This document shows positions 1 to 10,200 of a stretch of 18,474 bases of DNA, piece after piece. Source of the DNA: an uncultured Pseudomonadota bacterium (GTDB taxonomy: Bacteria > Vulcanimicrobiota > Vulcanimicrobiia > Eremiobacterales > Eremiobacteraceae); NCBI GenBank assembly GCA_963736005.1, contig CAVTNB010000004.1:1-18474 (forward strand), read 5' to 3'. Position 1 is the first letter of the stretch. Every line of letters begins with the position of its first letter. A program made the translations under genes and the position numbers. The notes beneath the pieces are model-generated. The model saw only the letters and a program-made list of their open reading frames with translations. It had not been told where the DNA came from and did no database searches.

Positions 1-118
1 CGAGATCGCGCGGGTCTACAGCGTCAAGCTCGAGATCTCTTGGTGCCGGGTGGCGATGTAAGAGTCATCAACGTGACCGTCTACCGCTGGGCCGACTTAC
101 TTAGACCAATTCGGACAG

Positions 119-2080
119 TTAAGAGGACTGAATGCTCACCGTTTCCGTGGGCTGCGACCGAATGGTCAATCTCATCAAGTCACCTTCCTGTGATTTTATG
201 AGACTGGCTGGACTGTCAGCGGCAAGACGAACGAGAATAGACAGCATTTTTTTTGCAGAGGCATCCCACGAGTAGTCGGCCGCATAACGAAGCGCATTTT
301 TTCCAAGCTCGAGGCGGAGATCGTGGTCGGTCAACAAGCGCAACAAAGGTGTTGCTAAGTCGGAGCCTTCGGGGATCAAAAAGCCAGTGTGCCCGTCGCG
401 GATCGTTTCTGAGAGCCCTGGGACGTCGAAACCAACCGCTGGAGTCCCACATGCATTTGCCTCAATCACGACAATGCCCCAACCTTCCATGACGGATGGA
501 AGCACAAGTGCCCAGGCGGATTGGAGGAGCTCCGTCTTTCTCGCTTCGCTTACTCTCCCTTCGAAGCTCACGCATGCCGACAAATCCAGAGACGACACAA
601 TATCTCGTAGTCGTTGTTCATCGTCGCCAGATCCGGCGATGCGCAGCTTTAGATCTGGTACCGCGTGGCGAAGTTGCGCAATGCTTCGGATCAGCAGGTC
701 AACGCGCTTGAAGCGTTTTAAGCGACCAAGGTACAAAAGCGTGGGTTCGATCGCTTTAGGCCCAGGACGGAGGTTCGCGTCAACACCGCTGACGACGACC
801 TCCACGGGTTGACGCGTGAGTTTTTTCGCCGCAATGGCGCCAGCCGTACTTTCGGATATTGCCACGAACGGTACGCGCTTGTAGACGAGGGGCAGAATCC
901 GCTCTTCCAAGACTGCCAGTGCAGCTGCAGCGAAGCGGTTCAATTCGAAGCGCACAACGCCACGGCTCACCTGATACATGAGTAACATTTTCGGTTTCAT
1001 TGAAAACAGCGGCGTAAAAAATGGCAGCGTGTTCTCCGAATCGACGATAACGTGAAACTGGTTGCGAAAGGTGCTCATGTAGACAAACGGCGCCAACACA
1101 TACAGGCCCAGTCGGCTTCCAACGCGGTGAATCGTAACACCGTCGATGGTTTCGGTACGAGAGCTTCCAGAGAAACGGCTCGTGATCCAGTGTACGACGT
1201 GCCCTTCCCGCACCCAGCTCCGAGCCATTCCATGAAGGTACACTTCTGCCCCACCGGCGGACGGGTTGGCGATGTCGCGCCAGTTGAACACAAGGATGCG
1301 CAACTGGTCATAAAAATACAGTGGGTGCGTGGGGAAAATCGTGTCATACGCAGGGAGGACAAAACGAAGCGGTGAGTGGCGTAATCTCAACCTCACAATG
1401 GAGGCTGCCATCTGCAAGCCGGATCGCCACAAGGTCACTTTGGATCCGACGACATCGCGCCAGCAAACTGGCTGCTCGACGATTCTAGCGCCACGTTTTT
1501 TGAGCAAGTACAGGATGTCAACATCAAAGGCAAAACCGGCTGTTTCCAATTGATCAAAAATTGGCCGGAGAGCGGCCGAGCGAAAGACTTTTGCCCCACA
1601 CTGCGTGTCGCCATAGGGCAAGCCGAATAACAAGCGGACAAGTAGGTTGAAGCCAGTCCCGGCGGCCCGCCTCTTCGCTGACACGCGTCGCAGCGCTACC
1701 GAGTCCGGCCGCCAGCGAGAACCGATGACGGCATCGTTGTCACCGAGGGCAGCAATGAGTTTTTCCAGTTCGGAAGCTGCAAACGCAGCATCCGCATCCA
1801 CAAAGGCGACGACCGAGGCGGAGCTGAGCGCAAGTCCAGCTCGAACCGCACCTCCCTTCCCCACCGTGGCTCGGATGGTTACGATTTTGATGTTGGGGAA
1901 GAGAGCGGCGTACGCTCGGACTATGGTTTCTGTGCCGTCAGTGCAGCCGTTGAGGACGACGATAATGTCCGCGGTGCGAAAATGTTCGGCGTATTCGCGC
2001 AGGGTTGGACCGATGCGCGCTTCCTCGTTGTGAGCGGGAACAATAATAGAGAGCGCTCTAGCACTACGCTCGATCATCAT
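119..2080 (-). CDS. Two-domain glycosyltransferase: N-terminal GT2 (polyprenyl/dolichyl-phosphate glycosyltransferase-like) fused to C-terminal GT4
   Basis: 653-aa ORF. GT2 motifs in roughly the first 250 aa: SIIVPAHNEE, GKGGAVRAG, DxD (FVDAD), DTQCGAKVF, GFAFDVDIL. GT4 motifs from about aa 260: RILVFNWRD..P.AGGAE, LYLGRLKRFKR and the EX7E motif EGWGIVVIEA.ACGTP. Confidence 0.92.
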   Translation of the reverse strand: MMIERSARALSIIVPAHNEEARIGPTLREYAEHFRTADIIVVLNGCTDGTETIVRAYAALFPNIKIVTIRATVGKGGAVRAGLALSSASVVAFVDADAAFAASELEKLIAALGDNDAVIGSRWRPDSVALRRVSAKRRAAGTGFNLLVRLLFGLPYGDTQCGAKVFRSAALRPIFDQLETAGFAFDVDILYLLKKRGARIVEQPVCWRDVVGSKVTLWRSGLQMAASIVRLRLRHSPLRFVLPAYDTIFPTHPLYFYDQLRILVFNWRDIANPSAGGAEVYLHGMARSWVREGHVVHWITSRFSGSSRTETIDGVTIHRVGSRLGLYVLAPFVYMSTFRNQFHVIVDSENTLPFFTPLFSMKPKMLLMYQVSRGVVRFELNRFAAAALAVLEERILPLVYKRVPFVAISESTAGAIAAKKLTRQPVEVVVSGVDANLRPGPKAIEPTLLYLGRLKRFKRVDLLIRSIAQLRHAVPDLKLRIAGSGDDEQRLRDIVSSLDLSACVSFEGRVSEARKTELLQSAWALVLPSVMEGWGIVVIEANACGTPAVGFDVPGLSETIRDGHTGFLIPEGSDLATPLLRLLTDHDLRLELGKNALRYAADYSWDASAKKMLSILVRLAADSPASLIKSQEGDLMRLTIRSQPTETVSIQSS

Positions 2081-2237
2081 TCGTGCGTGGCTTAGTTATC
2101 GCTCGAGGCGTTCCTACCATTTCGGAGAGTGATGGAGAACAAGCAGGGGCCGTTGACACAAAAGGTGCAATGGAACTTGCGGAGGCCTGCATCGAATCTA
2201 GCGTTTCGATGTGCGGTGTTTCCTCGCTATTTCGAAT

Positions 2238-2243
2238 AGGAGG
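2238..2243 (+). promoter_or_regulatory. Shine-Dalgarno site (AGGAGG) of the secreted protein gene
   Basis: Perfect AGGAGG with a 10-nt spacer to ATG 2254. Confidence 0.8.
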
Positions 2244-2253
2244 GTCTACCTAG

Positions 2254-3801
2254 ATGAGACTGGTCAGCAGGTACTGGTTCGTCGGTCTAGTCTTGCTTGC
2301 GGTGGTCTGTGTCGCCGCGATCGGACTGAATCCGGCAGCTGCAGGCAACTTTGTCTTGAGGCCGCATCCGCTTGCCACCACGGTAAGTGGATCAGATGCA
2401 AACGCAATCTTCAGCGCCCTCAACACAAACAACACCGGCGGTGGCATTGAAGGACAAGTTGGCGCTTCGCTCTATCCCCACGCGGCAGGCGCGGGCGTTT
2501 TCGGAATCTTCAACTCGGCTTCCGGAACCGGCGAAGGCATCCTGGGGTTTGCGACCAACGGCTCGGGTGTCATCGCGGAGTCGTTTGGCGGTACGGCCGC
2601 AACCTTGTATTCACAAAACTACAGTCCGTTCGCGGGACCCGCATTGCAGGGGGTTTCCAACGGCAACGGCATCGTTGGACAGTCTGCGGACACAAACGCG
2701 ATCGTTGGCATCACCAGCGCGCCGCCCACTCCAAGTTCGGCAGCCGTGCTCGGTGAGGACACCGCAAACACCGATTTGTTCAACAATGGGGTGACAGGTA
2801 CGACAACCAACGATGGGTGGGGCGTTCAAGGCACCTCGCAGACCAACGCACTTGGAGGCGTCGAGGGTTTGGCCACTAGCGGCGTCGGCGTTGAAGGTGC
2901 TAGCACGACCAATCTCGGCATCTATGGCAACAGCGGCTCAAGCATAGGCGTCGAAGGCTTCGGGGGCGTCAGCTCAATTCCGGGCTCGGAAAGCGCAGAC
3001 GTGGGTGTCGACGCAAGCTCGACCAACGCTAACGGGCTCTACGCCGTCTCGACAAACCGCAATGGCGCAGCCATCGAAAACAGCGCTGCCGGCTACTACA
3101 CGCTGTACGTGGTTGCCCACACCGCAGGCGGTGACCCCATTGGTGCCTTCGGGACAGGGGGCAGCATGGTTCTCGACGGGTCAGGCAATCTTTCCATCAC
3201 GGGTCTCATCCATACCGGCGGTTCATGCAGCAGCGGCTGCTCGGTTCACCATCATCCGAGTCTGTATGCGCCAACCGAAAGTCAGCCAACGACAGAAGAC
3301 TTCGGCGAAGGACAGCTGGTCAGTGGTCAAGCATACGTCCACCTCGATCCGGCATTTGCGAACGTCATCGACGCTCGCACAAACTACCTCGTCTTTATTA
3401 CGCCCGAAGGCGACAGCAACGGCGTCTACGTGACCCAGAAAACACTCTCGGGTTTCACCGTGAAAGAAAACCGCAATGGGCATTCCACGCTTGCGTTTTC
3501 CTATCGCATTGTGGCAAAGCCTTACGCAGACAACAGCCCGCGGCTCCCGATGGTTGACGATCGCGCCAATCTAGCGTTGAACCGGATGGGAGCAAGCGAC
3601 TCGCGTGCCCTCTACGCTCGCCCAACTACACCGGTATCACCAGCTAACATATCGCCGACGAGTGCTTCGCACTGGTCAGCATTGAAGCAGGCAATCGCAC
3701 GGAACCCATTCCTTACGACCTACCACAAAGATAGGATCCCGAATGGGCCGCCAGACAACGTACGACGTGCAGAGTCTGCGATGAAGCTCCAACCTCACTA
3801 A
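2254..3801 (+). CDS. Secreted Gly/Ser/Thr/Asn-rich surface (fibre/beta-solenoid-like) protein, function unknown
   Basis: 515-aa ORF with a strong RBS. Signal peptide: basic N-region, hydrophobic FVGLVLLAVVCVAAIGL, AAA cleavage site near aa 30. Many G(V/I)xG repeats. C-terminal globular segment EDFGEGQL...YLVFITPEGD...YRIVAK at aa 348-422. Followed by a terminator. Confidence 0.85.
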   Translation: MRLVSRYWFVGLVLLAVVCVAAIGLNPAAAGNFVLRPHPLATTVSGSDANAIFSALNTNNTGGGIEGQVGASLYPHAAGAGVFGIFNSASGTGEGILGFATNGSGVIAESFGGTAATLYSQNYSPFAGPALQGVSNGNGIVGQSADTNAIVGITSAPPTPSSAAVLGEDTANTDLFNNGVTGTTTNDGWGVQGTSQTNALGGVEGLATSGVGVEGASTTNLGIYGNSGSSIGVEGFGGVSSIPGSESADVGVDASSTNANGLYAVSTNRNGAAIENSAAGYYTLYVVAHTAGGDPIGAFGTGGSMVLDGSGNLSITGLIHTGGSCSSGCSVHHHPSLYAPTESQPTTEDFGEGQLVSGQAYVHLDPAFANVIDARTNYLVFITPEGDSNGVYVTQKTLSGFTVKENRNGHSTLAFSYRIVAKPYADNSPRLPMVDDRANLALNRMGASDSRALYARPTTPVSPANISPTSASHWSALKQAIARNPFLTTYHKDRIPNGPPDNVRRAESAMKLQPH

Positions 3802-3822
3802 CCTTCGTCTCAGAGTGGCGAC

Positions 3823-3853
3823 AGGGCGCCCAGCGCGGGCGCCCTATTTTTTT
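3823..3853 (+). terminator. Rho-independent terminator
   Basis: Perfect 9-bp stem AGGGCGCCC / GGGCGCCCT with a 5-nt loop, then A and a T7 tract; starts about 20 nt after stop 3801, between convergent genes. Confidence 0.9.
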
Positions 3854-3866
3854 GTCTGTCCTGACT

Positions 3867-6324
3867 CTATGCGCTCTTCATCGGTGCTAGCGATTGTCGC
3901 CAGGCGGCTGATAAGCACACGATGCATGCGAGTGCCCACATGAAGAGACTTAGCCGTTCCAGCAGGTTGATCGCAGTAGCGGGCTCATAAGCGATGGTCA
4001 CGTTCGTTGATCGAGAGAGGCGAACTTCCCAGGCGTTCGCGTAGCCGTTGGTCTCAATGTGTCTTATCACTTGACCACGATCGAGTTTGAGCCGCCAGCC
4101 ATCAGAGTAGCCTTGTTTCAAAACGATCCATCGCGTGTCGGCCGGTGCCACCCCAGATGCACGCAGCGTGCTCGGATCAAAAGAGAGCGTGCTCACCCGC
4201 GATCTCCGATAGCGAGGCAACTTCTGGTAGTGCAGTTTCTTGATTGCCATCATTTCGCCAACAGCGGCAAAACCGCCGCGTATCTCCAACGTTCGCGATC
4301 GAGGCGGCAACACAACCCAAGTGATTTTGCCGTTAGGGATGTGCAAAGCTTTACCGTCAACGAAGAACCTTGCCTCTAGAGGGAGCACACGCATCGCAAG
4401 TTTGAGTCCGGAAGAAGGCGCCGGTAGCGGAAGTGGCACGCGTGACCAGGTGACGAGTCCTTGACCCAGTGCGGCAATCCTCGGATCGAGCCAGCTCCAA
4501 AGCTGGGCGCTAACCCACCCTCTCGAGGGATCAACTTCCCCAAGTGCTTCGGGTAGGACGATTTGGCTAGCCTTGGGGTGCCAGATCGGGATCAGTCAAT
4601 GAAGGTGAAAGAGCATCGCGCGCAAGGACAAATGCAGGGGCGACGTTCCATGCAAGTGGGGAACGGACGATCTGCAAGTCATCTGAGGCGAAAGCCATAG
4701 GCGTTCCCCAGGTTATTAGGCGAGCGGAGTGATGGATCGCCCCATAATGCGGCACCCGCAGACCTGGCGGCCAAGAGTGGGGCGGTTCAGAGATCTGCCG
4801 GAAACGACTGACGATGTCAGCTTGCTCAATTTCACCACCAACCCCCAATCCAGCCAACCATTGGCGCGCGCGTGGATCGTTTCGTTCGCGGAGCTGGAAT
4901 GCGATTTGCTGTGCGTTCGTCAAAACATAGTTGTTGGCCGCAGGGTGGTCCCCAACGCCGTACGCTGCCGGATCGACGCCGCCGCTCTGCCAGCTCAACG
5001 GTCCAACCGGCCAAAACGAGGGCAGAAAGAGCACTCGCCAAGATCCCGGAAGGTTGGCGAGGTCGGTAAGGTTTGCGCGCAGGCCAGGATCGGAAGGCCA
5101 CTCTCGAAGTTGATCGGCAAAGTCACGAGGCAGCCACACAGCCAAGGTCGCAGACAAAACACAAACTGTGACAAGCGCGCGCGCACCCTTGCCAAGCACG
5201 TCAAGCCCGCGCGCACCCATAACGCACACAAAGGTCCACGCGATCGGTGCAAAATGGTAAAGTTCGCGAAAAACCGAGGCCGCCTCCCACCGCGAAAACG
5301 CAAAGACCAAGGGTCTTTGCAGCGGGCCGTTCAGCCCGGCTGTGAGAGCGACGCACGCCAACCAAAAGCCGCCAAACATGAGCAACCGACGATCGCGCAC
5401 AACGATAAGGGCGAGCAACGCAGCAAAGGGAACGCTCCACAGTAGCGCTCGCAAGAGTCCACCAAAAGAAAAACGGGCGTACGCCTTGTCAGAATACGCG
5501 GCGAAGTAACCCATTCCGACTGGCGCTGAGGCGAGCGGAGCCGAGTTATTCATTTCCCAATGAAAGGTCGCTCGTAGAAATGGCAGATCGCCTCCGGTGG
5601 AGTGAAGCGACCACAGCTCCGGTATAACGAAAACGAAGGATGCAAAAATGGTTGCAAAGGAGACGACCACGCCTAGCGTGCGCAACCGTGATAAGCAAAT
5701 AATCAACAACAGCACGCAAGCCACGACCCAGATTTGGATTTGGATGGCGGTGAACGCTGCGATCAGGCCACTTCCGAGGCCAAGCCACCATTTTGATTCC
5801 GAGGCGGGAGCGAGGAGCGTCACACTCCAGATGAGTGCGCTCAGTGCGATCAGATAGTAGAGGTGACCAGCGAGCAATTTTGTGAACATCGGTGGTCCCA
5901 GGAGCGCCGCAAGGGCCATAAAGCGGGCGGACCATCGACTCGAATGAAACCAAAATCGCGTACATGCGTAGACGCCCAAGCCGTACGACAAAAAGGCGCC
6001 AACCAGGGTAATTTTGAGCGTTGCCGCTGCTCCGAAGAGCACTGAGAGCCAGGCCCACACAAAGAAGATGGGGTGCAGCAACGGAAATGGATTGACCATG
6101 CCGGTTCCCGACAGGTCCCATACATCAGCGTTCGAAATGAGCGAATGATTAAGCTGCGAAACGAAAAAAGGCCAGCGCCAGTCATGAAGATAGGCCGGCG
6201 TGCCAGTGCTGAAAAGGATACTGCGAAGTGCAAAAGTCGTGCCAGCAAGTATGGTCAACGCGGTTAGTGCGCGTTGGGAGTCAAAAAACTTCCGCACTCC
6301 GTTCCGCACTAACGCATGACGCAC
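3867..6324 (-). CDS. Large polytopic membrane protein, probable GT-C fold glycosyltransferase (AftD/YfhO-like); one frameshift near 4575 as sequenced
   Basis: ORFs 4567-6324 (many TM segments, acidic HDW in the first loop) and 3867-4439 join into one 818-aa frame if one G is removed from GGGG 4575-4578; the downstream frame is open back to about 4595. The C-terminus has the pattern Y..GW...H...NGYANAW....I.Y.P plus a last TM helix, typical of AftD/YfhO-type proteins. Exact start uncertain. Confidence 0.72.
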
Positions 6325-7209
6325 GAGGCCATGTTACCTCTTAAGGATTCGTTTACCAACGTTGTCTTCTTTGCGCGCCGAATACCTTTGGTCTTGCGCA
6401 GGCGACGTTTGGGCGACCGGTACTTACGCACTCATCCTCTGATACCTACCCACTTTGAGCCGCCCCGACCGAAAGAAATCGTGGAGCAGCTCTCGATAAC
6501 CGTTCCGTCTGTGAATGTCGAATCGTTCAGCATCGACAAGCAATCGTTCAAACAATGGAGAGAAGAGGCTCGGTATCCACTCCTCGCTTATCATCTCGCG
6601 AGCGAAGAAAAATATCTGGAACACTTCGTTTCGTTTGAGCTCCTGCGCCCTATTGTGAGCGGTGTGCTCATCGACGTGGCCTCATGTAGATCCTACTTTC
6701 CCAACATCATGCGTCGCCGGGGGTTCCGCGTCATCCAACAAGATTTGGAGTACGAGCATGGACTCCATGCTGATCGTTTGGGGGGCGATGCAGCAGTGAT
6801 GGCTCTCTCGCCGGGTTTCGCCGACGCACTCACTCTGCACTGTTCGTACGAGCATTTCGAAGGCGACACCGACATACGTTTCTTGAAGGAAGCAGCGCGC
6901 GTGCTTCGCATTGGAGGCCGCGCGGTGATCGTACCATTGTATATCCATCACCGCTACCTCACCCTTGCCGATCCGAGCGAGTTAGCGGAGTCCACCGTTC
7001 ATATCGATCCAGGGGCCGCTCTCGTTGCAATGCGCGGTTACGGTAACCGACACGGCAGGTTCTATGACCCCGCCGCGTTCTCCCAACGAGTGTATGCAAC
7101 GGCGGTTGAGGCTGGACTACGGGTGCGTCTTTTTCAGATCAAAAATGCCAGCGAGATTTCCCGGCACTGTTATATGCAGTTTGCGATGACTCTGGACAAG
7201 CTGCCGTAG
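6316..7209 (+). CDS. Class I SAM-dependent methyltransferase
   Basis: 297-aa ORF with motif I-like VLIDVAS, acidic residue after beta2 (VIQQD), FADALTLHCSYEHF and FLKEAARVLRIGGRAVI. Start could instead be ATG 6331. Confidence 0.82.
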   Translation: MTHEAMLPLKDSFTNVVFFARRIPLVLRRRRLGDRYLRTHPLIPTHFEPPRPKEIVEQLSITVPSVNVESFSIDKQSFKQWREEARYPLLAYHLASEEKYLEHFVSFELLRPIVSGVLIDVASCRSYFPNIMRRRGFRVIQQDLEYEHGLHADRLGGDAAVMALSPGFADALTLHCSYEHFEGDTDIRFLKEAARVLRIGGRAVIVPLYIHHRYLTLADPSELAESTVHIDPGAALVAMRGYGNRHGRFYDPAAFSQRVYATAVEAGLRVRLFQIKNASEISRHCYMQFAMTLDKLP

Positions 7210-7262
7210 AGATTTGAGCGGCATCGCTTTGGGCGACACACAACGTTGCGCTTGATAGTCTC

Positions 7263-10200
7263 GTGCAGTACTTAGAATTTTCTGGTCTATCGTTTCTGGT
7301 TGTGGCACTCCTAGTGCTTCCGGGGTTGCCTTTTGCAATATTCCTTCGCAAAACGCCGACGATGTGGACGCTGCTCAGTGACGCATTGTTGTGGAGTTTG
7401 GCCCTCGATACGGCCGTGGCTTGGCTCCCGCCCCTGCGGCACGTTCGAGTGGACACGTGGTTGTGGTGTTTAGTGATCCTCTCCCTGGTGGGCGCGGTGA
7501 CCATCGTCCTAAGTCGCAATCGAATGAGCCGAGCCGACGCGCGCGAACCCAATGGTGTCCCCTTCCCGATCGCTCTCGCAACTGGAATCATTTTTAGCTT
7601 CTATGCGATCATCGCGCTTGTGCGACCGAATGTCGAATGGGATGCCGTAAATTACTATCTGTTCACCGCGGTCGGTTTCTCCGTATCGGGTCACGTCGAT
7701 TATTTCCTACCGCACGTGCTGACGATCGCGGACAAGGCGCCCATGAGTCTGCCACCCGTTATGCCAACGCTCTACGCCGTCGCCATCGACCTCGCGTCCG
7801 CGCTACACGTTGCGGCAGATCAGGTGGTAAGGTGGATTCCGCTCGCGCTCTTGTTTGGCACCTGGGCATCAGCGAGGCGACTAGCCCAAGTTTTTCTTCG
7901 GGCACCTTACCCAGATCTTGCGGCCATACTGTTTCTCACGCTGCCCGCGCTCACGTTGTATATGACCTTCAACCCATTGTATGTCGATCTCGCGCTCGCG
8001 TTTTTGCTCTGCACCTTGTTGGCAGATATTGCCACCGGAAACGACTCTTGGAACGACGGGTTGCGGGTAGGTGTGACTTGTGCATTAGCGATCCTAACCA
8101 AGGTGACAGGCCTTCCCATTCTCTGTATGCTCCTGCTGGTCGCATTGACATTCTGGATTGGCGGCGTCAGAGGGCGAATTCTTTATGGCATTGCGATCGC
8201 GGCATCAGGCGTCCTTGCATGGAGGCTGGGGCTCTTGGGGAATGCGCTCGCTGCGCCCACGTTGTGCGCCGCTGTTATTGCGATCGTGCTCGTCTATGTC
8301 GCGATTCCGCGTCACGCGGAGGGCCGATTGCCTCATTGGCAGTTCGTGGGTGCTCTTGCCCTTGGAATGGTGTCGAGCCTGTACGTGGTCCTGAGGACAA
8401 GCCAATTGGTGGGGAGTTCGCTCTCCTTCTACGCCCCCGGCTTGGCGCACATTCTCTCTCCCAACTGGGAGTGGGCGTGGAGAACCATCCGTAGCTTAGC
8501 GGTGTATGATGTGTCGGCTCCGCCGGGATCGATACAGAATGCGGCGTGGGGCCTCATCTTATGGTGGGGGTTTGCTCCGGTAACGAATATAGTTGCTTGT
8601 TTCGGTTTCATCATCTCACTCCGCAGGCAGCTCCCCATTCGATCGCTGGGTGCGCTTTTCGCTTTATATGCTTTGGCATGGCTGACGGTATTTCACTCCA
8701 ACCAATTTCACAACGCATTTCAGTTTCGCGAGTTCCTTGCGCTTGGTTTTATCGAGCCAATTTTTGCGGCCTACGCCTTGAGCGTTGTCTTCGAAACCAA
8801 CGCGGTAGGTGCTGGGTGGGCCGCAGGTCTGCTCATGTTGTTCGCTGTTCCGTTCGCGTGGGTCGCCCAAGAGACGTTCTTTTGGACCCCCCAAGGAGTG
8901 CTCGATCGTTTCGGCTTCAATCAGTGGCTTGCGCTGTCAAACGATACGCTGCGTAATGCCGCCGTTTTTTCTTGCGTCGGGCTGGTGTTACTCTTCGCTC
9001 TATGGAATTTTGGTCTTCGGCGAACCCTGAACCAAGGCTGGGATCTCACGCAACGTGCGTTGATCGTCTGCTGCGCGCTGCTCTTCTTCTTTCCTGTCAT
9101 CCGCACGGCGGTTTCTCCAGGATTCCGTGTGCAATACCAGGCGGTACGCAACACACAAGTCTACGGGTACTTACCTGCGCTTGATGCCGCACTGAGCAGC
9201 AGCAATGAGTCAATTCTCACTTTTGTTGGATACGGTGTGTCGTGGTATTCCGCTGGGCGAGAGAGAGCAGTCGACTTAACCGATGCGCTTGCGCTCGGTT
9301 TGCTCAAAGCTAACCTAGGCGAAGATAATCCCTCGAAGACCCTGCAGACACTTCGTAGCGTTGGCATTTCGGCGGCCATTTTGCCGATTCCGGATTCGAA
9401 CTTCGGAGCGGCTTTCCAAAAGCTGACTCTCGAAGACGGGATGAGCGGCTTACGTATCTTCGATGATCCCTTACTCACGCGCGATAAGCAATACGGCAGC
9501 TGGAACTATGCCGTGCTTTACGATCCAACGACGATGCAAAGCGGTCAACATCAACTCGTCGTGAAAACGCTAAGAGGAAGCCTCATCGACGCCACCGAGC
9601 CATTCGAGCGCTTCCACTCGGCCTCGATTATGGCGCTCCTGGTGGGAATGCCCGTTGGAAGGATCGCCTCCGGAGTTTTGAAGATCGAAGCATATGCCTG
9701 CTCGCCCGGGCCTGTCTGTCAGAGCTCACCATCTATCGCCGTCGTTTCCGTGGCGAAGCCGGGACGTTCGGTGAACATCCCATTCGCGGACCTGATACGG
9801 ATGGTTGGCCTTCGTTCATACTCAAACAACGTCGCGCGCAAAGTGCTTCTCCGATCCATTGAACTGGGTCTCTTCGACGCTGCAGGGCGGTCCGAGGGTG
9901 TCATCGATTGGCGCTCGTCGCGATTTGTCATTGACTCGCGAGGGACGAGGGTCACTCTCGATCCGAATTCCGCTCCGTTCACAGCCTTTCCAGAGTATGC
10001 CCCGATCGGAGCTGTTAACGTCATTCTTGCTCGCTCGTCGAATCGACCCCTCATTTATCCCTCGCTCAGTCGCAATCGCGCGAGCGAACCATCCGCTGTG
10101 GGGCTCTCGCTCGCGTTACGCAGCGGTCCGCTCTGCCCTCAAAAGGAGCGGCTGCTCGTCAGTGTCTATGGCACAACCCGGTTCAAAGGCAAAAAGACCT

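Noticed and set aside
1..201. Open plus-strand frame from the window edge (RDRAGLQRQARDLL...) as the 3' end of a gene
   Set aside because: No recognisable motif, and it would overlap the convergent GT gene by 83 nt; cannot be supported without upstream sequence.
2153..2181. Perfect TTGACA as a sigma70 -35 box
   Set aside because: No credible -10 hexamer at 16-18 nt spacing.
2254..3801. Prophage tail gene
   Set aside because: It has a signal peptide and its own terminator, and no other phage genes are present.
3867..4439. 190-aa ORF as an independent gene
   Set aside because: Its frame stays open upstream to about 4595 and joins the 585-aa ORF with a single-base correction.
4729..5445. 238-aa plus-strand ORF, and similar shadow ORFs such as 7637-8494, 10166-10741, 13919-14596, 14782-15468 and 16325-17071
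   Set aside because: Antisense or alternate-frame to well-supported genes, Arg/Pro/Ser-rich with no motifs; expected in GC-rich DNA.
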